IMG/VR virus record: IMGVR_UViG_3300049052_000082
Location: 1 to 42,758 of that record
Strand: one strand, 5' to 3'
Length of the DNA stretch: 42,758 nucleotides
Source: a virus
Taxonomy: Duplodnaviria > Caudoviricetes
A program made the translations under genes and the position numbers. The notes under the pieces were generated by a model that was given only the letters and a program-made list of their open reading frames with translations, did no database searches and was not told the origin of the DNA. Shown here piece after piece: positions 8,177 to 16,514 of this stretch; within the stretch, counting starts at the first letter, position 1, and each line of letters starts with the position of its first letter.

Positions 8177-8312
8177 TTACCCAGTCCTCCCAGTCCTTCT
8201 TTTCGATCAGCAGGCCCTCGTATTCATGGCCGCCGCACCCGTGGCAATAGACGTGCGGCGTCTGACCGCCGAACGATGTGGTGTTTCCTGAGCTGCAGAT
8301 TTTGCAGGCCAT
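8094..8312 (-). CDS. Small zinc-ribbon protein, probably the first gene of the pL operon
   Basis: MACKIC...YCHGCGG with a GAGGG SD; 3' end overlaps the Lar-like gene. Confidence 0.55.
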   Translation of the reverse strand: MACKICSSGNTTSFGGQTPHVYCHGCGGHEYEGLLIEKKDWEDWVNERVDSPRSRPADADVQRDRQAALPLV

Positions 8313-8515
8313 CGTCTTGCCCTCGGCTTGTTTGGCTTTCAAATACCTCCCGGGGTGTGAGAGGCATTTGTAAAGCCAGATGGCCGACCTGAAACAGCAG
8401 GGGACCATCTGCACATGCCGTGACCCGCTACTGGCGTCGGTCACCGGCTCAATCAAGTTGTCTCGTTTCACCGTTGGTGCCGGCTCCCCGGTCACCCCAG
8501 CTCAACTTTCCGTCT

Positions 8516-8527
8516 TGCTTAAAGAAC
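8516..8527 (-). promoter_or_regulatory. boxA-like antitermination element in the pL leader
   Basis: GTTCTTTAAGCA on the minus strand, about 120 nt downstream of pL. Confidence 0.5.
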
Positions 8528-8654
8528 TTGGTCCAGTCGGTCCCCTTATTGGGGGCTGGGAGATCATTTCGCTGATCCCGTGCTACCTGGCGGCTTCACC
8601 AGTCGTGTGGCGGGCTGTTGAGGCCCTGGCGCTGTGTTGCTTGGCGTTGAGGTG

Positions 8655-8728
8655 AATTTAGCGCGCTGCTAAACATCCGTCAACAGCTTTGAGCTAAATA
8701 GTTGCGAAAAATTTAGCAGGGGGATAAA
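8655..8728 (-). promoter_or_regulatory. pL promoter with OL1-OL3 operators
   Basis: -35 TTGACG (8683-8678), 17 bp spacer, -10 TAAATT (8660-8655); operators TTTAGC-gcgct-GCTAAA 8657-8673, aacAGC-tttga-GCTAAA 8682-8698, TTTAGC-agggg-GaTAAA 8712-8728. Confidence 0.85.
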
Positions 8729-8799
8729 AGATAGGCGTGACTGGTCTTAGCCAGTGAATGAAAAAAATCCGGCTAAACGGAAAAAGAGGGAGGTTTGCG

Positions 8800-9027
8800 A
8801 TGGCTGGCGTGAAGGTTCGGGCGGCTATAGAAGCCAGGTGGGGAGACGATCAGTTAAAGGCGAGCGCTTCCAGCGCAAAAGAACTGGCGAATTTGGCTGT
8901 CAGGCTGCTGGTAGAGGATGTCGGAACGGAAGAGGCGAGGGAGCTGATACGTGACGAGCTGGGGATGTACAAAGCGGACTATGGCGGCGCCGTGGTTGAC
9001 CAGCGGCCCGCCAAGAAGGAGGGATAA
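8800..9027 (+). CDS. Small hypothetical protein convergent with cI
   Basis: GGGAGG SD before ATG 8800; 75 aa; its stop abuts the cI stop. Confidence 0.7.
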   Translation: MAGVKVRAAIEARWGDDQLKASASSAKELANLAVRLLVEDVGTEEARELIRDELGMYKADYGGAVVDQRPAKKEG

Positions 9028-9801
9028 TTAAAGCGTTCGGCCGCGCCCGCGAGTCGGGCGAATGGTTGACCACCAGAAAACAAAGCCGATGACCCGAATG
9101 GATTCTGCCACCTCGTCAGACGAATAGAACTCGTCGGGGTGCTCCTCTGAGTTTTCCGAGCGAAGCCGAAGGCCGCCGTTAGGCTGGCGATACAGGTACT
9201 TCACTCGCAGCATGCCGCCATGCTCAATGGCGTAGATCTCGCCATCGATGATGTTTGTCGTTCCCCTGTCGATGCCTACCGTGGAGCCGTCCAGGATCAG
9301 CCTGGACATGCTGTTCCCGGCAACTGTGGCGGCCATGGCGTTGGCCGGCTCCACCCCTGCGTCTCGAAGGGTTGACCTGGAAAGTCGAATGCAGCGCCCA
9401 GGGATGGGCTGAACGGATGTAGCCCCGTTTCCTGCTGATATTTCGACTTCCTTATAAAGCGGCACTTCCACTTCCTCGCTTTCCAGTGGCGTTTCGCTAT
9501 CCCAAGGGGAGATATCCCCAATCAGGTGCAAATCGCTATCCCTAGGTATCGGCAGGCGCACGACGTTGTTTAGCGGCGCGTTATCTTCGGCGTCGTGAAC
9601 CTGGTCCAGCCAGCCGTGCGGCAATAGCTCTGCGGCTTCGACTCGACGGGCCATGACATCACCGACGCTGCGCGTAGGTTTCTCCGACAGCATCTGGCTC
9701 AGATAAGACGGAGACGTCCCCCACAGCTCAGCGCACACGGCCTTAGATCGCCCCTTCAAGAGCTTGATCATGTTTGTTCGGCGAATCGATTTGATATCCA
9801 T
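9028..9801 (-). CDS. cI: CI-like repressor (HTH + S24 autopeptidase)
   Basis: N-terminal HTH; cleavage site SAG; catalytic GNSM and RVK; probable start MDIKSIRR at 9801. Confidence 0.93.
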   Translation of the reverse strand: MDIKSIRRTNMIKLLKGRSKAVCAELWGTSPSYLSQMLSEKPTRSVGDVMARRVEAAELLPHGWLDQVHDAEDNAPLNNVVRLPIPRDSDLHLIGDISPWDSETPLESEEVEVPLYKEVEISAGNGATSVQPIPGRCIRLSRSTLRDAGVEPANAMAATVAGNSMSRLILDGSTVGIDRGTTNIIDGEIYAIEHGGMLRVKYLYRQPNGGLRLRSENSEEHPDEFYSSDEVAESIRVIGFVFWWSTIRPTRGRGRTL

Positions 9802-9812
9802 GCCAACAGGAT

Positions 9813-9888
9813 TACAGCCCGGCGCTAACTTTGAAATATACAAGTGGCTAAACTCCTGCTTGCCATAACTTTAGCAGTGCGCTAAATT
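9813..9888 (+). promoter_or_regulatory. pR promoter with OR operators
   Basis: -35 TTGCCA 9860-9865, 17 bp spacer, -10 TAAATT 9883-9888; perfect operator TTTAGC-agtgc-GCTAAA 9870-9886, weaker sites 9836-9852 and 9813-9829. Confidence 0.85.
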
Positions 9889-9914
9889 CTCCTCGTATTC
9901 AAAGGAGAATTCCC

Positions 9915-10157
9915 ATGTCCACCCAAGTTCGAGACTGGCTAAACAGCCACACAGACGAGGAACGAACCGCCTTGGCGGAGTCCGCGCGCACGTCTGTTGG
10001 CTACCTCTGGCAGCTTGCCGGTGGCCATAGAAAGGCATCCGTAGAGCTTGCCGCGCGCCTCAACAAGAGCAGCAAAGGCGTATTGACCCTCGAGGGTATG
10101 CGCCCGGACCTACACGACCTTCTTTCCACGCCTAAGCGCCGGCGTACTGCCGCCTAA
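9915..10157 (+). CDS. cro: Cro-like HTH regulator
   Basis: LAESARTSVGYLWQLAGGHRKAS HTH; divergent from cI; AAGGAG SD. Confidence 0.88.
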   Translation: MSTQVRDWLNSHTDEERTALAESARTSVGYLWQLAGGHRKASVELAARLNKSSKGVLTLEGMRPDLHDLLSTPKRRRTAA

Positions 10158-10187
10158 CCAATTTCCAATCACGAAAGGAAAAAACCG

Positions 10188-10388
10188 ATGTACGCAGATC
10201 AATCCCACAAACGCGACACCCCCCGGAAGGTTCGCTTCAACAAAACGCTCGACCGGATTCTTGTCCGGGCGGCCGAGCGAGCCGAGATGCAGCATGCCAC
10301 CTACCTATACGAAATGATCGAGTGGGCCGTTGAGAACGGCGCAATCGAAGCTTTGAGTAAGGACGACCAGAAGTCTAGCGCGGCCTAG
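10188..10388 (+). CDS. Small DNA-binding protein in the CII position (possibly ribbon-helix-helix)
   Basis: Follows cro; KVRF strand followed by two predicted helices. Confidence 0.65.
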   Translation: MYADQSHKRDTPRKVRFNKTLDRILVRAAERAEMQHATYLYEMIEWAVENGAIEALSKDDQKSSAA

Positions 10389-10406
10389 GGGCCCTATGGA
10401 GGTCTT

Positions 10407-10637
10407 GTGCCTGAAATCGATTACGAGAGCCTGGCCAGCAACACAAAGGTCAGGATCGCTGCTTTCGCCCTGAAGAAAGGGTTGAGCATTGAAGAAGCAC
10501 TCGAGGCGATTGCCATCGAGTTTTTGGCAATGGGAGGTCCGGCAATGATCGGTAAGCCGAAAGGGCAAGTACACCAATTGTTCCCTAAAGAGGGCCTGAA
10601 GCTCGTCCCTAAAGAGGGGCTCAAAAGTGACAACTGA
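10407..10637 (+). CDS. Phage hypothetical protein
   Basis: GGAGG SD, GTG start; C-terminal PKEGLK duplication. Confidence 0.7.
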   Translation: MPEIDYESLASNTKVRIAAFALKKGLSIEEALEAIAIEFLAMGGPAMIGKPKGQVHQLFPKEGLKLVPKEGLKSDN

Positions 10638-10650
10638 AAAACAGCAGACG

Positions 10651-10678
10651 AAAAAAAACCACCTGGCCGGGTGGTTTT
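10651..10678 (+). terminator. Intrinsic terminator (tR-like, possibly bidirectional)
   Basis: AAAACCACC...GGTGGTTTT hairpin with a flanking A run. Confidence 0.6.
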
Positions 10679-10714
10679 CCGCTGCGTACATCAAAAGCAT
10701 CTGTGAGGTCGATT

Positions 10715-10930
10715 ATGCACAGTTCAACTGATACAGGCAATACCCCGACCAATGTCGCGACACGTTTTGCCGAATCGCAATTCGTGTCGCATCAAAAAAG
10801 CTTCCATCAGTCAGCGGCGATGAATGCCGCGCAGATGATCCGCTTTCAGTACACGCGCAATGCCAAGAACGAATTCCGTCGCGAATGCCTGGAACACCTC
10901 AGGGCCTCACTGTCTGGAGGTGCGGCATGA
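10715..10930 (+). CDS. Phage hypothetical protein
   Basis: GAGG SD before ATG 10715; ATGA overlap with the next gene. Confidence 0.6.
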   Translation: MHSSTDTGNTPTNVATRFAESQFVSHQKSFHQSAAMNAAQMIRFQYTRNAKNEFRRECLEHLRASLSGGAA

Positions 10931-11520
10931 ACTACGGATTCATTTATTGCCTCGCCAACGAGGCCATGCCGGGCATCTACAAGATCGGCATGACTGAACG
11001 TGCGCCCAGCCAGCGCTGCTTTGAGCTTTCCGGCTCCACCAGTGCGCCACTCGCGTTCAAGATCCTTTGCTATGGCGAGGTTGATAGCGCCCTTGCCGTC
11101 GAGCGTGAAATCCATGGGCATTTCTCGTCCCATCGTATCAATGCCTCACGCGAGTTCTTTCGGGTCGACTACCGCAACATCGTGGATCTGTTCGAGCAGT
11201 ACGCAAACCCAGTTGCTCATACGTCTGACGGCGTTGAAGAGAGTGAGCGAGCGCGATTGATGAACGCCTTCTTCTGCGCGTCAGGCCCAGAACAAAAGGC
11301 CCAGGCGTTGATCGCTGCTATCAGGTTCTCTGGCGCCCGAATCTGGCGCGATGGCGATTCTATCAGGACATCCAAGAAGCTTGCCTTTGACTGCTGGATG
11401 ACAGGGGCTGCTGCTGGGCTTAAAGAAACCATCCTTGAGCTGATTCCACGGCAGGAGCCTGTAACGAGGCTAATGACGTTGGTGAGCCCAGCCAAGGCGA
11501 CAGAGGAGCTCGACTGGTGA
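10927..11520 (+). CDS. T5orf172/GIY-YIG family protein
   Basis: GFIYCL.N..MPGIYKIGMT...R...L ... EREIH ... REFF signature; start at ATG 10927. Confidence 0.85.
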   Translation: MNYGFIYCLANEAMPGIYKIGMTERAPSQRCFELSGSTSAPLAFKILCYGEVDSALAVEREIHGHFSSHRINASREFFRVDYRNIVDLFEQYANPVAHTSDGVEESERARLMNAFFCASGPEQKAQALIAAIRFSGARIWRDGDSIRTSKKLAFDCWMTGAAAGLKETILELIPRQEPVTRLMTLVSPAKATEELDW

Positions 11521-12224
11521 GCACTATAATCATGAGCGCCTGCTGGCCTCTCCAGGGTATGAGCCCAACCCAAAAGGCCGTCCTGATATCTCTATCTGAC
11601 AACGCAAACGATGAAGGCGTCTGCTGGCCTTCTGTCGCGCGGATTGCTATCCGTACCTGCCTTTCTGAGCGCGCCGTTCAGAACTCCATCAAGTGGCTAA
11701 GCCAGGCGAAAATCCTTACTGCGCGTGAGCGCATGGGGCGTTCGACAATTTACACCCTGACCCCCGAAGCATATTCACCCCCGCAGGAAATGCACCCCGC
11801 ACCAGATGCACCACCACCCCCGCACGTCACGACAGATACCCCCGCACCACGTGCACCCAGAACCGTAATAGAACCGCAAAGTGAACCATCACCTCTTGTG
11901 GGCCAGCCAGAACGCCAGACCAATTCGAAGCCGAAGTGCTCAGCGAAAGCAATCGTCGATCTGTTCAACGAGATCCTCACGGAGCTGCCGCAAGTCGTGA
12001 TGATCAACAAGGATCGAGAATCCAAGATCAAGGCCCGCTGGAACGAGAGCCCTGTTCACCAGGATTACGAATTCTGGAGGGACTACTTCGGTGCCGTGAA
12101 GGAGAGTCCATTCCTGACTGGCAAGACGCCTGGCTCCAACGGGAAGATTTTCCGGTGCAGTTTCGACTGGCTCATTTGCCCGTCCAACTTCGTGAAAGTG
12201 GTGGAGGGCAACTATCGTGCGTGA
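11517..12224 (+). CDS. Replication initiator (O-like, N-terminal wHTH)
   Basis: K.VL..L.D.ANDEG.CWPS...IA....LSER; C-terminal FDWL...NF.KV.EG.Y; directly upstream of the helicase. Confidence 0.9.
   Translation: MSTIIMSACWPLQGMSPTQKAVLISLSDNANDEGVCWPSVARIAIRTCLSERAVQNSIKWLSQAKILTARERMGRSTIYTLTPEAYSPPQEMHPAPDAPPPPHVTTDTPAPRAPRTVIEPQSEPSPLVGQPERQTNSKPKCSAKAIVDLFNEILTELPQVVMINKDRESKIKARWNESPVHQDYEFWRDYFGAVKESPFLTGKTPGSNGKIFRCSFDWLICPSNFVKVVEGNYRA
11760..11890 (+). repeat. Replication origin iterons inside the initiator gene
   Basis: About five degenerate CCCCGCA-N5-TGCACC units (11760-11858) followed by three GAACC repeats. Confidence 0.65.
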
Positions 12225-13599
12225 TCCCTACAGCATCGAGGCCGAGCACGGCCTGCTGGGCGCCATGATGCAGCGCCCTGAACTGATCGACACGTTGAGC
12301 GATGACCTGTCCGCCGAGTCGTTCTACTTCCCTGAGAACGCAGAGGTGTACCGCGGGATCATGGCTGTTCGGTCCGCCGGCCAGGCTGTGGACTTCCTGA
12401 CGGTCGCTGAGCACATCGGCACCATGCCGAACGGTGACCGCGCCCTGGGCTATTGCGGGGAGATCGTCGACAACACCCCAAGTGTTGCCAGTGCCGCGAC
12501 CTACGCCTCGATCGTGCGTGAGCGAGCTATTGACCGGGCTTTGTATGACCTCGGCGGCCAGGCCATGGAGATCGCCCAAGGCGACCAGGATACCCAGGCC
12601 AAGATCGCAGCCATCCAATCGGCCGCCATGGCAATTGACAGCGGTTCCGGCGCCGACGAGGTGGTCAAGGCTTCGGATGTGCTGATCGACCAGCTTGAGG
12701 TGTGGCAGGAACGACATGATCGGTTCAGCAGCGGCCAAACCCTGATCGGGATGTCTACCGGCTTGACTGACCTGGACGAGAAGCTGGGTGGCCTCCAGCC
12801 GGAACAGTTGATCATCGTCGCCGGGCGCCCAGCTATGGGAAAAACCACCCTCGCCATGGGGTTCGTGATTGACGCCGCTGTTCGCCAGGGCAAGTCGGGT
12901 TTGGTCGTGAGCCTGGAAATGAGCAAGGGCCAGTTGATTGACCGGGCTGTTGCCTCAGAAGGAATGATTCCGCTCAACCTGATCAAGAACGGCACGGCCA
13001 GTCGGGATCACGGGCAAAGCCTTGGCGTTGCAGTGGGCAAGATCAAGAAGGCCAAGCTGTTCATCGCCGACCGTGCAGGCGCCACTGTGGGGCGCATCCG
13101 CTCCTTGGCCCGCCGCCACAAGATGCGCTACGGCCTCGACATCCTGATGATCGACTACCTGCAGCTCATGGAAGGCGAGGGCGGCAACCGTACCGAGGAA
13201 GTCAGCAGTATCAGCCGTGGGTGCAAGCTCCTGGCCCGGGAACTCGGTATCCCTGTCGTGCTGCTGAGCCAGCTGTCCCGCAAATGCGAAGAGCGCCCCA
13301 ACAAGCGCCCGGTTCCTTCGGATCTGCGCGAATCGGGCGCCATCGAGCAAGACGCCGACGTGATCCTGTTCGTGTACCGCGATGAGGTCTACCACGAAAA
13401 CAGCGAACACAAGGGCATCGCCGAAATCATCATCGGCAAAGGCCGCGATGTCGAGACAGGCACCGTCCGCGCCGCATTCCTTGGTCAATACAACCGATTC
13501 GAGAACCTGGCCGCTGGGTGGAAGCCTGAGCCCGTCGAGGCTGCGCCATCAAAAGTGACCCCACTGTCCAGCCGCTACGGCAACAAGGAGCGTTTCTGA
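12217..13599 (+). CDS. dnaB: Replicative DNA helicase, DnaB family
   Basis: GRPAMGKT, IDYLQL, LSQLSR and DLRESGAIEQDAD motifs. Confidence 0.97.
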   Translation: MRDPYSIEAEHGLLGAMMQRPELIDTLSDDLSAESFYFPENAEVYRGIMAVRSAGQAVDFLTVAEHIGTMPNGDRALGYCGEIVDNTPSVASAATYASIVRERAIDRALYDLGGQAMEIAQGDQDTQAKIAAIQSAAMAIDSGSGADEVVKASDVLIDQLEVWQERHDRFSSGQTLIGMSTGLTDLDEKLGGLQPEQLIIVAGRPAMGKTTLAMGFVIDAAVRQGKSGLVVSLEMSKGQLIDRAVASEGMIPLNLIKNGTASRDHGQSLGVAVGKIKKAKLFIADRAGATVGRIRSLARRHKMRYGLDILMIDYLQLMEGEGGNRTEEVSSISRGCKLLARELGIPVVLLSQLSRKCEERPNKRPVPSDLRESGAIEQDADVILFVYRDEVYHENSEHKGIAEIIIGKGRDVETGTVRAAFLGQYNRFENLAAGWKPEPVEAAPSKVTPLSSRYGNKERF

Positions 13600-13787
13600 T
13601 GAAACGAGCATCCCCAGTACAGCTACGCCAATCCCTTGAGGTAGCGAACACCATGGTCAAGCACGGAATCCGTTTCGTGTGCATCCCAGTCATCGACGAG
13701 GCGGACGCCATGAACCTTGCTGGCCAGGCTGCTCAGCGGTTGGAGCGGTTGATGTACGTCGATAAAGCGAAGGGGGAACGGTTATGA
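13599..13787 (+). CDS. Phage hypothetical protein
   Basis: 62 aa, translationally coupled. Confidence 0.7.
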   Translation: MKRASPVQLRQSLEVANTMVKHGIRFVCIPVIDEADAMNLAGQAAQRLERLMYVDKAKGERL

Positions 13788-14029
13788 CCGACAAGATGCG
13801 TGAAGAGTTTGAGCGCACCAACGCGCGCGATCATCGCCGCCAGCCGCCAAAGGGCAACAACTACATCGACCCGATGGCGCAGGCCGATTGGGAGTCGTTC
13901 CAGAAGGGCTGGAAGGCATCCCGCGAGGCGCTGGTGATTGAGCTGCCAGAAGAACAGCCAATGTACATGTACTACGCGCCTGACGTTTTGGCCGCCATCG
14001 AAGCCGCAGGCCTGAAGGTGAAACCATGA
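13784..14029 (+). CDS. Phage hypothetical protein
   Basis: 81 aa; REEFE...W.ASR..LVIELP...IEAAGLKVK pattern. Confidence 0.75.
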   Translation: MTDKMREEFERTNARDHRRQPPKGNNYIDPMAQADWESFQKGWKASREALVIELPEEQPMYMYYAPDVLAAIEAAGLKVKP

Positions 14030-14529
14030 GCCAGTACGACGAACTGAAGCGGCTGGCCGAGGCGGCTTTGAACGAGCTCACAGAGATAAACCAAGACTGG
14101 CCTACTGATGGCGATTATTTCGACTGTCAGTCTGGACCTGAGTTTGAATATCTGTGCGCGGCAAACCCCGTAGTGGTCATGACTTTGATCGCCGAGAACC
14201 AACAGTTGCGCACGGATCGTGACTATTGCAGGCGTGTCGCCGAGCACAACAAAGAGGTCGGTGAGCAGCTTCGCGCCGAAATCGCCGGCCTCAAAACCGG
14301 CTACCAAGCCTACGAGCAGGTGAATGCTGAGCTGAAGGCTGAGAACGAGGCGCTGCGCAAGGATGCAGAGCGGTATCAGTGGATGAGCATAGAGGGGAAC
14401 TGGGTTGCCAGATTCCATGGCAAGTGGAGGGCGCACGTCGGCGAGTATGGAGACGCAAATCCGACAGATTGGTATCCATCGCGCGCTGAAGCCATCGACG
14501 CCGCCATGGGCAAGGGAGAGCAGTCATGA
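14026..14529 (+). CDS. Ead/Ea22-like mosaic protein
   Basis: LKRLAEAA, AANP..V..LI, coiled coil and LRKDAERY.W...AIDAAM modules. Confidence 0.75.
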   Translation: MSQYDELKRLAEAALNELTEINQDWPTDGDYFDCQSGPEFEYLCAANPVVVMTLIAENQQLRTDRDYCRRVAEHNKEVGEQLRAEIAGLKTGYQAYEQVNAELKAENEALRKDAERYQWMSIEGNWVARFHGKWRAHVGEYGDANPTDWYPSRAEAIDAAMGKGEQS

Positions 14530-15002
14530 ACCCGATCATCACTCACCAAATGCAACCATGCCCGTACAGCTGCGTGTCGACCTGCTTGGCAATGATCGTT
14601 GGGCGACCAGCACAGGAAATAATCGAAGAAATGCACCAGCCTTATCGCGATGGCGATCTCACCTTGCGGCAAATGCTGGAGCGCCTCGGCGTTGAATACA
14701 CGGCTTTCTTCAGCCTGGACTGCCCACCGCTCGCCGATGAAGGCGTTTATCTGTGCACGTCACCGTCGCTCAACATCGAGGGTGGTAACCACCAGATCCT
14801 GATAGAGGTCACCGACGAGAACTACTTCGTCCTTGACCCGGTTCAGGGGCGCGAGGACCGCAAGTACTACGTGGCGCGAGGGAAGGGCGAGGGCATTCCG
14901 CTGGCGATTGATCTTGGAGGCTTCGTTGTCGACGCCTTCATCTCGCGAGACCATCTTTTGGAGCAGCGCACCAGCGACCCGCTTACGGAGGTTGCAGCAT
15001 GA
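14526..15002 (+). CDS. Putative C39-like cysteine peptidase
   Basis: Q..P.SC...CLAM, H.ILI and VLDP fit the C39/papain-like arrangement. Confidence 0.6.
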   Translation: MNPIITHQMQPCPYSCVSTCLAMIVGRPAQEIIEEMHQPYRDGDLTLRQMLERLGVEYTAFFSLDCPPLADEGVYLCTSPSLNIEGGNHQILIEVTDENYFVLDPVQGREDRKYYVARGKGEGIPLAIDLGGFVVDAFISRDHLLEQRTSDPLTEVAA

Positions 15003-15469
15003 CCGACAAAATCTCCGTCAATTGCCAGGCCAAGCTATCCGAGGCCATCACGCGGCTCAGCGCCATGTTCCGCGACAAGAAGTTCGTGGTGGTCTCCCTA
15101 CGCCCTGGCAAGGACCGCACGCTCGACCAAAACGCCCTGTGGTTCGCGATGTACAAGCGGATATCCGAAATGACCTCAATCGGTGATCCCGCCGACGCCC
15201 GCCGGTACTGCAAGCTGCACTTCGGTGTGCAGATCCTGCTGAACGAGGATTCGGGATTCCAGGCTGCCTGGTACCGCGTCATGCGCCATCTGCCGTACGA
15301 GGAGAAGTTGGCCTTGATGGGTGAGCACAAGCTGTTCGGCCCGGATGGGTTCCCGGTGACCAGCCTGTTCAATCGGGCCCAGGGCATCCAATACACCGAC
15401 CGCATGGCTGCGTACTTCACCGGCCAGGGCGTGGTGTTCTCCGATCTGCTGAGCGAGGTGGCGGCATGA
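14999..15469 (+). CDS. NinB-like protein
   Basis: RTLDQNAL motif; nin-region position. Confidence 0.7.
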   Translation: MTDKISVNCQAKLSEAITRLSAMFRDKKFVVVSLRPGKDRTLDQNALWFAMYKRISEMTSIGDPADARRYCKLHFGVQILLNEDSGFQAAWYRVMRHLPYEEKLALMGEHKLFGPDGFPVTSLFNRAQGIQYTDRMAAYFTGQGVVFSDLLSEVAA

Positions 15470-15864
15470 AGGCCGGTCACGAAATTCCAGTAAACAGCAC
15501 TGCTGGACGAGTCATGGCTCGCGGTACTCACTTCGAATACAAGGCGAACGAGAACTCCAGCGACTCCGACCTGCCACTCCCTACTCGCGAGATTGATGAG
15601 GCCGTTGCGTCCAATCCGTCGTTTGTGAACTTGTCCGGGATGGTTATCGGCCGCCTGAAGGTTGTCGGCCTGTCGACGAAGAAACGGAGATGGGTCTGCC
15701 GCTGCTCCTGTGGTCGCTACGTGCTGCGAAAGGCTTTGGCTTTGACGAGCGGGTCAGCCGCCAGCGCGCCATGCGACCAATGCTATCTGCTGGCTCTGGC
15801 GAAGAAGCACGACCTTCTTCGGCGAACCGGGAAAATTCGAAACACGGAGGAGTTCATCTTATGA
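15466..15864 (+). CDS. Cys-rich protein with an HNH-associated N-terminal-type module
   Basis: NLSGMVIGRLKVVG...WVCRCSCG resembles the start of the 2492-3187 protein; no nuclease core. Confidence 0.65.
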   Translation: MKAGHEIPVNSTAGRVMARGTHFEYKANENSSDSDLPLPTREIDEAVASNPSFVNLSGMVIGRLKVVGLSTKKRRWVCRCSCGRYVLRKALALTSGSAASAPCDQCYLLALAKKHDLLRRTGKIRNTEEFIL

Positions 15865-16514
15865 GCCTCCCATCGAAACCGCCCCGCCCGAAAAAATGCC
15901 GAGTTGCAGAGTGCAGGGCCTCTTTTGTCCCACAGCGCCTGGGCCAGGCCGTATGCAGTCCAGCTTGCGCTGTTGCCGACGCTGCGACCAACCGGGTCAA
16001 CCAGGAGAAGGCCCGCAAGTCCCTGGCCCAGGTCGAGCGCCGGGAGATCAAGGTCCGCAAGGAGGCCCTGAAAAGTCGCGCCGACCACCTCAAGGATACA
16101 GAGAAGGCCGTGCGCGATTACCGCCGCACGTACGAGCTGAGCATTGGCAGCGGGTGCATCAGTTGTGGCCTGAGCCAGGAAGAAATCCGCGCGGCCCAGG
16201 GCTGGAAGGTCGGCGGTGCATTCGATGCCGGCCACTTCATGGGCAAGGGCGCCCGGCCAGAGTTAAGGCTGACCCCATCCAATATCTGGTTGCAATGCAA
16301 GGCCTGTAACTCTGGCTCCTACATGCACGCCAGGAAGGGATACACCGTTTCCCAGGGATTCCGCGCCGGACTCATTGCCCGGATCGGCCTGGAAGCGGTG
16401 GAAGCGCTCGAAGCTGACCATGAGCCGCGCAAGTACACCGTCGAAGAACTCAAGGCAATAACCGCCGAATACCGGGCCAAGACCCGCGAACTGAAGAGGG
16501 GCCACGCAGCATGA
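15861..16514 (+). CDS. ninG: NinG/Rap recombination nuclease
   Basis: KKC...C, Q.VCSP.C, CISCG, DAGH, NI..QC..CN and RIG.EAVEALE motifs; start at 15861. Confidence 0.9.
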   Translation: MSLPSKPPRPKKCRVAECRASFVPQRLGQAVCSPACAVADAATNRVNQEKARKSLAQVERREIKVRKEALKSRADHLKDTEKAVRDYRRTYELSIGSGCISCGLSQEEIRAAQGWKVGGAFDAGHFMGKGARPELRLTPSNIWLQCKACNSGSYMHARKGYTVSQGFRAGLIARIGLEAVEALEADHEPRKYTVEELKAITAEYRAKTRELKRGHAA

